Below, piece after piece: positions 27,716 through 36,088 of a stretch of DNA of 64,000 bases. Within the stretch, counting starts at the first letter, position 1. The number at the start of each line of letters is the position of its first letter. This DNA comes from an uncultured virus (IMG/VR IMGVR_UViG_3300027278_000006) (Duplodnaviria; Heunggongvirae; Uroviricota; Caudoviricetes). The position numbers and the translations under genes are program-made. The stretch covers positions 1 to 64,000 of IMG/VR virus record IMGVR_UViG_3300027278_000006; one strand, given 5' to 3'. The notes under the pieces were generated by a model, which saw only the letters and a list, made by a program, of their open reading frames with translations, did no database searches and was not told where the DNA came from.

Positions 27716-29197
27716 TCAGAATGTGAACTTGGTCTGAACCACACCACCCCAAGAAGATTCTCCTTGATAACGGGCATTATTGCTCACATAGAAGATAGCA
27801 GGAGTGATGCTGATGTTGTCCGAAACTTGATACTTATAGAAGACTTCAAGCATCGCGGCATCTTCACCAACGAAGTCAGAATTACCGGGTTGACCAATAG
27901 CAACACCAGCAGTATTACCTTTGGCAAACACATCAGACCACTGAAGTCCAACGAACCAGGAATCAGAATCGGTGGCACCAGTTTTAGAACCTTTACCATC
28001 TACATCATTATATCCATAACCAACTGAGATAGAAGGAACGAATCCACTCTGAGAAGGTTGCCAGTAAGCATTCACAGCAACGCTATTGCTTTCCTGACCT
28101 GCGGCAAGGGCACCAGACCCGCCTCCAAGGGCGTTGAAGGTACGGACACGACTGCCTTCAGTACCATAACGGTAAGCAACGGCAGCACCCCACTGAGGAG
28201 CACGATAACCAACTTGTGTCATAAAGTTCAATCCACTATCTGAATTGAAGACACCAGTTTCAGTGTTATCACCATCTTGAGAGACATAGTTCAGACCAGC
28301 AAGGAAACCTCCCTGACCTTTTGGAACTTGTTGCTTCCATTGAGCACCAAAACCAGCACCAGTTGCCTTGTTATAGACACCAGAGGCACCACCAAGTTGA
28401 AAGAAGTCAAGGATTTCCGACTTATAAGCAGAAGGAACCCATGCCATCTCAGTGTTACGAACCAGAGGACCAGCAGTTAGAGTTACACTCTTACCAACTG
28501 GGAACTGATAGTACAGACGGTCAATCACAACTTGGTCGGCATAAGATTCTGCCTTATCAAGTTTGAAGAGTGAAGAACTGGAACCAAAAGGATCGCTACT
28601 GAAGTTACCAGAACGCAGACGAGTACGGAGCAAGTCCTTACCAGTGAAAGAGGTATCAAAGTTCAGACGAACATCATAGTTGAATGCAGTATTACCTACA
28701 TCAACACGTTTGTTAGTTTCAAGACCAGGAACACCGCCAAGAATAAAGTTTACTTCACCTTTGAGTTTGGTAGTGGTTGAAAACTGAGTTGCCTGCAGTT
28801 GTCCAACTTTGTTCTCAAGACCATCTACACGAGAAGTGAGTACAGTTAGTTCTGTATCAAATTCAGCAAGAAGTTTTTTGAGTTCATCTGTGGTTTCAGT
28901 TACACGATCAAGGCAGGCATTCAGCAGTGCTGCTGCCTCAAAACGGGTCATTGCCTGACCACCTTTGTATGTGCCGTTAGGATAACCTGCTACGCAACCA
29001 TAACGCTCTACAAGATTGCTAAGTGCCTGATATGCCCAATCAGTAGGTTGGACATCAGTAAATTGTGTAATGCTAGTGACTTGTTGTGCCGAAGCATACT
29101 TGTTGACATCCTCAGTATTGAGTTCTGCGGCATTCACAGCAGGAGCAACAAGACTCAGTGCAACAGGCACAAGCATCATTTGTTTGAAAAATTTCAT
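27716..29197 (-). CDS. Cyanobacterial outer-membrane porin (Som/OprB type with SLH domain)
   Basis: Signal peptide, DVQPTDWAYQALSNLVERYGCVAGYP SLH, coiled coil, FSTTTKLKG, terminal F. Confidence 0.93.
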   Translation of the reverse strand: MKFFKQMMLVPVALSLVAPAVNAAELNTEDVNKYASAQQVTSITQFTDVQPTDWAYQALSNLVERYGCVAGYPNGTYKGGQAMTRFEAAALLNACLDRVTETTDELKKLLAEFDTELTVLTSRVDGLENKVGQLQATQFSTTTKLKGEVNFILGGVPGLETNKRVDVGNTAFNYDVRLNFDTSFTGKDLLRTRLRSGNFSSDPFGSSSSLFKLDKAESYADQVVIDRLYYQFPVGKSVTLTAGPLVRNTEMAWVPSAYKSEILDFFQLGGASGVYNKATGAGFGAQWKQQVPKGQGGFLAGLNYVSQDGDNTETGVFNSDSGLNFMTQVGYRAPQWGAAVAYRYGTEGSRVRTFNALGGGSGALAAGQESNSVAVNAYWQPSQSGFVPSISVGYGYNDVDGKGSKTGATDSDSWFVGLQWSDVFAKGNTAGVAIGQPGNSDFVGEDAAMLEVFYKYQVSDNISITPAIFYVSNNARYQGESSWGGVVQTKFTF

Positions 29198-29256
29198 ATA
29201 GTTCGTTAAGATTTACAACTACGAAGTTTATTTAGCTCCCCTGATATTTTAGGGGA

Positions 29257-29327
29257 AGCGGATACACGGATTTGAACCGAGGATAAAAGTTTGGAAAACT
29301 CTTGTGTTGCCACTACACCATATCCGC
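29257..29327 (-). tRNA. tRNA-Gly(UCC)
   Basis: Cloverleaf; loop UUUCCAA. Confidence 0.88.
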
Positions 29328-29329
29328 AA

Positions 29330-29402
29330 TGTTGAGAGTGGAAGGTTTCGCATCCTTCTACCGTATCCCTTATCGGGGTGCCTTACTTTTGGCATCACTC
29401 TC
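29330..29402 (-). pseudogene. Degenerate tRNA-like element (Ile-GAU-like)
   Basis: Perfect acceptor GAGAGUG/CACUCUC, D and T stems; anticodon arm CCC-CGAUAA-GGG is shortened. Confidence 0.5.
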
Positions 29403-29852
29403 GGCGGGGAAATTATTTTTATTCCCCCAAGTTTTTGTTTGAGAATGACAATTGGGACAAAGAAATCTTAGATTTTCCATCCTATTATCATTAGAAACTC
29501 CGTTTATATGGTCTAATTGAAGAGAAAGTTTTTGTCCATTCCAATCAATTATACCACATTCGGAACATTTATATTTGAAAATTTCTTCTTTAATAATTCT
29601 ATTCCTAAGAGTTGATCTATCGCAAGTAGAATTTTCACAAAACATTTCCTCAAAAGTATAAGGAATAGTGTTCCTACTTCTTTTTTTAAATTGAGGTTGT
29701 ATATTGTGATGTGCAAAATCTTTTTTTAAAGTAGCATAAGTAGTGCTACTTTTATTAAGACCCAATCTCCTTACGACCTCAGCCATTGATTGAGATGCTT
29801 CAACTGCATTTAATAATTCAGTTTTAGTTCTCATTTTACTTAGCACATACAC
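29370..29852 (-). CDS. HNH endonuclease within the tRNA array
   Basis: CSECG..LQLDHING..DNRMENLRFLCPNCHSQT. Confidence 0.88.
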   Translation of the reverse strand: MYVLSKMRTKTELLNAVEASQSMAEVVRRLGLNKSSTTYATLKKDFAHHNIQPQFKKRSRNTIPYTFEEMFCENSTCDRSTLRNRIIKEEIFKYKCSECGIIDWNGQKLSLQLDHINGVSNDNRMENLRFLCPNCHSQTKTWGNKNNFPAESDAKSKAPR

Positions 29853-29893
29853 TTCCTATTTAGGGAAGTATGCTCCTCCACACGGACTCATGA

Positions 29894-29922
29894 ATTATAA
29901 GACATAACGAATATTATGTCAA
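29894..29922 (-). promoter_or_regulatory. Sigma70 consensus promoter
   Basis: TTGACA-N17-TATAAT just 3' of tRNA-Thr. Confidence 0.75.
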
Positions 29923-29993
29923 GCCCCTGATCCGATTTGAACGGACGACCAACGGTTTACAAAACCGTTGCTCTACCACTGAGCTACAAGGGC
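29922..29993 (-). tRNA. tRNA-Thr(UGU)
   Basis: Cloverleaf; loop UUUGUAA. Confidence 0.92.
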
Positions 29994-29996
29994 GGA

Positions 29997-30158
29997 TGGG
30001 TATCGAGTGTCCGACACCCGCAGAAGACACTTTCTGCAAAAAACACCAAACCTTATTCTTCCTGTTTTTCAGGTAATTTCCAAATCGGTTGGGAGTTTCC
30101 TCCCGAAGTTTGTTTAGCGTTTTTGTTTTGGAAGACCCAGACATTTCCAGACCTTCCA
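29997..30158 (-). ncRNA. Multi-stem ncRNA with kissing loops between tRNA-Asn and tRNA-Thr
   Basis: At least six stems; loops AGUGUC and GACACU are complementary. Confidence 0.65.
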
Positions 30159-30159
30159 A

Positions 30160-30232
30160 CTCCCCGAGTTGGGCACGATCCAACAACCTCAGTGTTAACA
30201 GCACTTTGCTCTACCAATTGAGCTATCGGGGA
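30160..30232 (-). tRNA. tRNA-Asn(GUU), atypical T loop
   Basis: Cloverleaf; loop CUGUUAA; T loop AUCGUGC. Confidence 0.85.
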
Positions 30233-30332
30233 ATGATGGGGCAAGTGTGATATATCTCATAAGGATATAACAGGGACTTACCCTCGTTTGCTACCGGCAT
30301 TCTGGTTTATCTTTCCAGTGCAAAGTAGCAAG

Positions 30333-30405
30333 CGTCCCGTGTAGGATTCGCACCCACGACCGATTCTTTAGAAGAGAATTGCTCTGTCTCCTGAGCTAAC
30401 GGGAC
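30333..30405 (-). tRNA. tRNA-Arg(UCU)
   Basis: Cloverleaf; loop CUUCUAA; T loop UGCGAAU. Confidence 0.88.
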
Positions 30406-30519
30406 ATAAAGGGACCTCCCTGTTTGAGCATCGTTGAGAGGCTTGGGAGGTGTGGGATTTATAAGAAGTTTGGACCTCCTCCACCCGTCAAACTACTATA
30501 AGGCATCAGGGCACTAAAG

Positions 30520-30708
30520 TCAACCCTTTGCTTCCTTACGGGCGTTCTTCTCTTCGGTAATCTCGCCTCTACGGGTCTTGACCAGTTTGGCAACTTCCTG
30601 AAGTGCCTTACGGGCACGAGTACCAGCGGCACTATTACCAGCAGTGAACTTTTCGTCTTCTACTTTCCACGCTTCAATAGCAGTCAGTAGTTCTTGTGAT
30701 ACAGACAT
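30520..30708 (-). CDS. Small basic Hc1/histone H1-like family protein
   Basis: EKFTAGNSAAGTRARKALQE. Confidence 0.7.
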   Translation of the reverse strand: MSVSQELLTAIEAWKVEDEKFTAGNSAAGTRARKALQEVAKLVKTRRGEITEEKNARKEAKG

Positions 30709-30750
30709 AATAATCTCTATAAAAATAAGATATGTTTATATATACGACTT

Positions 30751-31152
30751 TTAGTTACATCCAGACACCCAAGGAGCACATAAACGCATTTCTCCACCGA
30801 GTGATTTACATTCTTCAGTATAACACACAGATTCATCTACAGGTTTCTCTGAAAATATTGGAGCAGGAATCTCTACGGGTTTTTCTCCAGTTTTTCTCCA
30901 ATACTCATCAATTGCACTATCAACATCCCTCACAATTCTTCTTTTGAGTTTTTCATCATCTTTGATAATAAACTCATTTAGTATAGTTTGTGGAAAATAT
31001 TTTCTTTGTATCTCATCCAGTAAATCCCAAAGTTGATTGCTAGGAATACTAGAGCACTGTGAGAGTATTACAATCACAGAAGATAATACGACTCCTATAA
31101 TTGCATATTGCTTAATATCAGGTTTCTTCTTGCCGAAATTGAAATTGAACAT
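30751..31152 (-). CDS. Hypothetical membrane-anchored protein
   Basis: N-terminal TM segment, C-terminal Cys cluster. Confidence 0.65.
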   Translation of the reverse strand: MFNFNFGKKKPDIKQYAIIGVVLSSVIVILSQCSSIPSNQLWDLLDEIQRKYFPQTILNEFIIKDDEKLKRRIVRDVDSAIDEYWRKTGEKPVEIPAPIFSEKPVDESVCYTEECKSLGGEMRLCAPWVSGCN

Positions 31153-31189
31153 AAAAAAAGGAGGGTTATGAGTGCCCTCCTATATTTAT

Positions 31190-32119
31190 TCAATTTTTGT
31201 TTTTTTCTCTTTTTGCTTTTGCTTTTGCAAGTGTTCTTTGTCTTGCTGCTTCTCTTTCGGACATTGGAATATCAATATTCGTCAAAGCACCAACTCTTTC
31301 TTTTGGGGGTTCAATCTCTGCCTCACAAATACTCTCTCTCCACTCTTCACTCATATTCACCATAATAGATTCTGCTGCTTCTGGTGTTTCGGCATAACCC
31401 TCATCAAGAAGGTGTGAGAGAATGATGTCGTAGAGGTCATAACTATCGGCCATTTTTATTCCAGAAATACCATGTCCTTGCGCCCCACCAACTTGATATC
31501 TACCAGTTCCTGATGGAGAACCAACGCCTTGTGCTGATGAACCACCACCTCTTGAACTTTTGGTTGGTTTTACTTGTGGTTTTGTGGTTGAATTTGGTTT
31601 TCTTGGATCTGATAATCTATTTAACGCAGATGTAAATTCACCCATTCTATCTGTCATCCAATTTGATGTAGATCCTCTTCCCGGTCTAGGAGCACTAGAA
31701 CCAGAAATACTACGAGGGTTTGGTTTTGTGGATGATGGTGTAGATGGTTTTGTTACTGTAGCAGGAGTTTTGGTAGGTAATCTAGATGAAAATGGTTTCC
31801 ATTGTGAATTTCTTTCTGGAGAAAATGTGACACCTCGGCCTCCTGGTTTTATTTTCAGTCCACCTGGATCAAATGTTGGTTTTTGGAAAGGTTTATTTGG
31901 ATTTTCAGTTGATTGTGAGACAACATTTGCGGTTCTTTGATATCTGGCATATTCTGGGGTATTGCTGGAAAATCTATCATTAGAAACTGAAGACAATCTC
32001 CCTTCAAGATTTCCCATACGAGTTTTTACTCTTGGCACATTTACAGGTTTCCAATCTTCATCAAGTTCATAAACTTCCATATATGCTTCTTGAAGATTGC
32101 GAAGTTCTTGTGCGTCCAT
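31190..32119 (-). CDS. Late low-complexity protein with LLDEGYA..MSEEWRESI module
   Basis: Module shared with 36089-37090 and 38438-39634; TATAAATA at 32139-32146. Confidence 0.75.
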   Translation of the reverse strand: MDAQELRNLQEAYMEVYELDEDWKPVNVPRVKTRMGNLEGRLSSVSNDRFSSNTPEYARYQRTANVVSQSTENPNKPFQKPTFDPGGLKIKPGGRGVTFSPERNSQWKPFSSRLPTKTPATVTKPSTPSSTKPNPRSISGSSAPRPGRGSTSNWMTDRMGEFTSALNRLSDPRKPNSTTKPQVKPTKSSRGGGSSAQGVGSPSGTGRYQVGGAQGHGISGIKMADSYDLYDIILSHLLDEGYAETPEAAESIMVNMSEEWRESICEAEIEPPKERVGALTNIDIPMSEREAARQRTLAKAKAKREKNKN

Positions 32120-32268
32120 TTTATGAATACTTTTTAGTTATTTATAAATCATACCTCGTTTCCATTCAACGCCGGTACATTCTTGCTGACATTATTATTT
32201 ATACAAGAAAGGAGTGCCGAAGCACTCCAATCTCACCTGAAAAGTGTCAGCAAGTCAGGTATATGTAT

Positions 32269-32919
32269 TTAGGAGTCAATCACAGTTAGAACTAACTTAT
32301 TTGAGTAGTTATAAGCAAAATCAGTTCTTGCTCCTTTATGTCCCCACCCCAACCAAGTATATGCTAAACGCATATAATATTCAATAGGTTTTCCTGGGAC
32401 TTTCAATCTATCTTCAATACCTCTCCATTGTGGTTCAGTAATAATATAACGAAGTTGAGTATCAAGTGTGGAAGGGTCTCCACCAATACGAGCAGCAAAC
32501 TTACCAAGACCATTATATCTTGGAGCATCGGTAAATTGAATAAGACCATAACCACCACTTGTACAAGCACCATAAGACACTATAGCACCACCCTCACATA
32601 CATTAGGAGTGAAGGTAGATTCTTGTCGGATATTGCCCATAATGGTTGCTATGGCATTTTTGTCAGTAATTCCACGATTCTGTAGAAATTCTACAGTCTT
32701 CGTTTCATTAGTATTACATCCTTTACAAATTAGTCTTTTTTCTTTTGGTTTAACTGGAGCAACCTCTCTGGTCGCTGTCTTTCGTGTAGGATCCTCTTGA
32801 ATAATAGAGAATGGTGGCGGACCACTCACGGGTGGAGGAGGAAACACTTGGGGCAGTGTTGCCGTGCTGGTTGTAACCATTGCCAAAAGGGGAAAGGCTA
32901 CAGTAAAAAATTGTTGCAT
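32269..32919 (-). CDS. Phage-tail-lysozyme-like cell wall hydrolase (probable start MQQFF at 32919)
   Basis: IMGNIRQES, GYGLIQFT, TLDTQLRY; hydrophobic N-terminus. Confidence 0.75.
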   Translation of the reverse strand: MQQFFTVAFPLLAMVTTSTATLPQVFPPPPVSGPPPFSIIQEDPTRKTATREVAPVKPKEKRLICKGCNTNETKTVEFLQNRGITDKNAIATIMGNIRQESTFTPNVCEGGAIVSYGACTSGGYGLIQFTDAPRYNGLGKFAARIGGDPSTLDTQLRYIITEPQWRGIEDRLKVPGKPIEYYMRLAYTWLGWGHKGARTDFAYNYSNKLVLTVIDS

Positions 32920-33052
32920 TAATTTTAATAGAATTCGGCATCCGTATAGAAGAGGGGTATACCACCTCTCTCGAAGGGCATCTTCCACGGCTCTAAGTGT
33001 CACATCACAGACTCATTATGACAAAACCCACCTTTTGAGTGGGTTCCTTTGC

Positions 33053-33104
33053 ATTATATGAGATTATTTAGGTTCTGTCAAGTGTGCCAGTTTGAGAAGT
33101 GGTT
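33053..33104 (-). promoter_or_regulatory. Sigma70 promoter with upstream ACTGGCA half-site
   Basis: ACTGGCA-CAC-TTGACA-N17-TATAAT. Confidence 0.75.
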
Positions 33105-33160
33105 GGGGGGTGAATAAGTCTCCCAAGAATCTAAATACTTCAAACTGCTTTTCACATTTT

Positions 33161-33355
33161 ATGCCACGAGAGTGGAATACACCTCATAGAGAGCACTGGA
33201 ATACACCGATACACAATATTCTAAAGGCAATAGATAATCACACTCACGAGTACTTCAGGAGTGGTGATGAATGGCATCTAAATAAGGCACAAGAACTCAG
33301 AAAATATGTTGCTGAGTTGAAGGAATGGATACATAAAACCGAAGGACGATTATGA
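33161..33355 (+). CDS. Hypothetical protein (probable start 33161)
   Basis: MPREWNTPHREHWNTPIH..; first gene of a short plus-strand block. Confidence 0.7.
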   Translation: MPREWNTPHREHWNTPIHNILKAIDNHTHEYFRSGDEWHLNKAQELRKYVAELKEWIHKTEGRL

Positions 33356-33645
33356 AATTCAAATATCCAACACTTGATAATATAGTTCCTGTGATGGTTG
33401 CATTTGTAGCAACAGCAATTGTCGGAATGACTTTCACAAATTATGTAATATGTAATTTCAAAGTGATGAGTAGTTTACATTATCTGTATCTGGTAAAGGC
33501 ATTTGATAAAAGTGGAGCAAAACCTCCAAGTAAATGTGACGATAATACATCAGAATCAATTCAAGTTTTGATGTCTCTTCTGGCAACTATTATTGCTTTG
33601 AAGGCAAACTTAAATAAAAAACCTGAAGAAAAAGAAAATGACTGA
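33352..33645 (+). CDS. Two-TM hypothetical protein
   Basis: Two hydrophobic segments; ATGA overlap. Confidence 0.6.
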   Translation: MKFKYPTLDNIVPVMVAFVATAIVGMTFTNYVICNFKVMSSLHYLYLVKAFDKSGAKPPSKCDDNTSESIQVLMSLLATIIALKANLNKKPEEKEND

Positions 33646-33754
33646 CCCAGTATGGAGTGTAAATATACTATTAGGTATTGGACTTGCCGGTGCTGCTTAT
33701 ATCATTTACTATATACTTAAATTAGCATACGAAGAAGATAATGTATCACTATAA
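33638..33754 (+). CDS. Small single-TM protein (38 aa)
   Basis: MTDPVWSVNILLGIGLAGAAYIIYYILKLAYEED.. Confidence 0.55.
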   Translation: MTDPVWSVNILLGIGLAGAAYIIYYILKLAYEEDNVSL

Positions 33755-34082
33755 AATCAAGAAGATAGAAAGAATTGTTGATGGTGACACATTAGATGTT
33801 TCAATAGATTTGGGATTCAATCTTACAACTGTTCAAAGAGTTCGTCTCAAAGGTATTAATGCCGCAGAAACAAGAACCAAAGACCTTAAAGAAAAAGCAG
33901 AAGGTCTTGCGACAAAAGCGTGGTTAGAAAAAGAACTGTCCCGAGAAGGTGAATGGGTAATTGAAACTTTCAAAGAAGATAAGTATGGAAGGATACTTGG
34001 CACTCTTTATTTTGTTGACGATCCAGTCACAATCAACGAAAGGATGTTGAACGAAGGTATTGCCAAACCTTATTCAGGATGA
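33741..34082 (+). CDS. Thermonuclease (SNase) family protein
   Basis: RIVDGDT, RVRLKGINAAE, DKYGRILG. Confidence 0.9.
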   Translation: MYHYKIKKIERIVDGDTLDVSIDLGFNLTTVQRVRLKGINAAETRTKDLKEKAEGLATKAWLEKELSREGEWVIETFKEDKYGRILGTLYFVDDPVTINERMLNEGIAKPYSG

Positions 34083-34685
34083 CCATAATTTTGCTTCTGC
34101 AACTCTTCTTCTTAATAATCCTGCTTCAACATTAGTTCCAGGATTACGATAGAGTTTAAGTGCTTCAGGAACTTTATCCCATTCCTTATTCTTTAGGACT
34201 CTTGTAATAGTATTGAAGTCAGGATGACCATAAAAATCTCCGAGATTGTAAGCAAAGGATAAAAGTGCTCCGCGTTGATTGTCATTCATCTCACTCCAGT
34301 AAGGTATTTTTTGAAGAGCAGGAATAAACTCCCGGCGAAGTTGATAGTAGAACAAATCATCTGCTTCTTCTTGAGTAATTTTATTCCCAATCATAAATCG
34401 CGTTCCATCCTTTCTACGAGTGCTGCCCCACCCAATCGTGATGGGCAACCCACCTGTAAGAGGATCATAATATGCTTTGAGATGACAATCTTCAAATTCC
34501 TTGATAAGGGCAACACCTTGAAGTGGTAGTCCATCAAGTGTTGGTTCTATCTTTTGGTTTCTATAAATCCTAGCAAACTCATCCAATATTTCTTTGTGAA
34601 CTGATGCCTGAAGAAATGCCCAGGCACGATTTTGATGCTCTAGGTCTTTATGGTTTTTTGCAGCATCTACAAATTTGATAGTCAT
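34074..34685 (-). CDS. GH24 lysozyme (probable start MTIKF at 34685)
   Basis: LIKEFE..LKAYYD..TIGWGST, ALLSFAYNLG, GLLRRRVAE. Confidence 0.9.
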   Translation of the reverse strand: MTIKFVDAAKNHKDLEHQNRAWAFLQASVHKEILDEFARIYRNQKIEPTLDGLPLQGVALIKEFEDCHLKAYYDPLTGGLPITIGWGSTRRKDGTRFMIGNKITQEEADDLFYYQLRREFIPALQKIPYWSEMNDNQRGALLSFAYNLGDFYGHPDFNTITRVLKNKEWDKVPEALKLYRNPGTNVEAGLLRRRVAEAKLWSS

Positions 34686-35380
34686 TTGAAAATCCTTCCC
34701 CAACCAGTTTTATCTTTATTATTTTCTAACCAACGATACTGAAGGTCTGACTTCTTATATACGGCACCTTTACCATTCGTGACTGCTCCTGTGTATCCAT
34801 CATTCAAATCCCCATATGGGTCATTACAGATATAAGATTTTCCATCAGGACTTTTTCCTATTACACACAGCATATGCCCGCCAGTAGGAGAAGATAAAGT
34901 GCCACGATGGAGTATGCCAATAACAACGGGTCTCCCAGCAGACAACTCACGATCAAGGTCAGCAAACCCAAGATTATACCTAAACTCAGACTTAACTCCG
35001 TAAGAAGCAAGAACTTTGGTTTGAACTGAGTGGTCAGTTGTATCACCGACTGCGAATACTTTCTGAACATAAGCATCATCACCTTTTGCTCCTACTAAAG
35101 TTCCTGGTTTAAAATACTCAAGGCACATAGCACAGGAAGAACTATTACAAGTACGATTAGCGTCTCTATAATTATCTGTTTGAGGATAGTAAGGAACATT
35201 CAAAATTCCTGGAATTACTACTTCTAGTTTTGTTCTAAAAATCTTCACCCAATTAGCAGTATCCTCCATCAGGTCTGGAGATTTACCCACCAAATCTACT
35301 TCAAGTTGCTCTACTGCCGCAACGTGTTTTGGATTCTTTGGGTCGTAGTACTGAAAGAAGTTATGAAGGTCTATTCGCAT
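34682..35380 (-). CDS. C39-like cysteine peptidase
   Basis: VPYYPQ..TCNSSSCAM, GGHMLCVIG, NDPYG. Confidence 0.85.
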   Translation of the reverse strand: MRIDLHNFFQYYDPKNPKHVAAVEQLEVDLVGKSPDLMEDTANWVKIFRTKLEVVIPGILNVPYYPQTDNYRDANRTCNSSSCAMCLEYFKPGTLVGAKGDDAYVQKVFAVGDTTDHSVQTKVLASYGVKSEFRYNLGFADLDRELSAGRPVVIGILHRGTLSSPTGGHMLCVIGKSPDGKSYICNDPYGDLNDGYTGAVTNGKGAVYKKSDLQYRWLENNKDKTGWGRIFK

Positions 35381-35382
35381 TA

Positions 35383-35566
35383 TTAGTCTCCTAAGTATTC
35401 AAGTGAAAAAACATCGTGTTCTGAGATATCGGGGTTCATCCATTCTCTAAACTCTGCCTGAATTGCCTGAGCGTCTTCGACACTCTTATCTTCACATAAT
35501 GTATGTATGCGATCAACTGCCCAATCGTGAGAAGACCTAAGAGTTTGTTCCAGTAGCGTCATCATA
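35383..35566 (-). CDS. Small hypothetical protein
   Basis: MMTLLEQTLRSSHDWAVDRIH..EFREW. Confidence 0.6.
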
Positions 35567-35980
35567 ATAGTCTTTCCGAAAATATCTAGAGAGAATATTG
35601 CTATTATAGTATGCCGGAACCCCAGAGTCAAGTGATTCGGTCAGTACATTATTTAGAAAAAGTTGTCTTGTTTCCTCAAAGTTACATTTACCTTTTGTCT
35701 TATGAAGACTTATAATTTCTCTACTGAAGAACTCCTTGCCGTATTTGATTATATCTTCTTTTAATTCTGGGCAAGAACCATAATAATTTTTCCAATCAGA
35801 TTCTGACTTTACTTTTCTCTTTTTTCCTTTTGGGGTTCTGAACTGCCAAAGGTACTTGCGTCCAATATAATTTCTACCGGTGGTCTTACAGGATATGAGA
35901 TATACGAATCCAAAATAATCTTCTATATGGTTTGATTCAAAAATCTCCCCATTATATCTCCAAGGATTCTCATAGCTCAT
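35537..35980 (-). CDS. GIY-YIG-like protein (T4 NrdA.1-like)
   Basis: GFVYLI..TGRNYIGRK..ESDWKNYYGS..YYNSNI. Confidence 0.75.
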   Translation of the reverse strand: MSYENPWRYNGEIFESNHIEDYFGFVYLISCKTTGRNYIGRKYLWQFRTPKGKKRKVKSESDWKNYYGSCPELKEDIIKYGKEFFSREIISLHKTKGKCNFEETRQLFLNNVLTESLDSGVPAYYNSNILSRYFRKDYYDDATGTNS

Positions 35981-36088
35981 TTAGTAGTCTTATAGAGCTA
36001 TTATTTATCCTTCAACGGAGACAAACCTAGTCTAGCAATAAAAAAGCACCTTGTCAAGAGGTGCTTTGAGTTATGTTAGGATTTTAGA

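Noticed and set aside
29914..30244. Three short ORFs over the tRNA array
   Set aside because: They overlap tRNA-Thr, tRNA-Asn and the structured RNA
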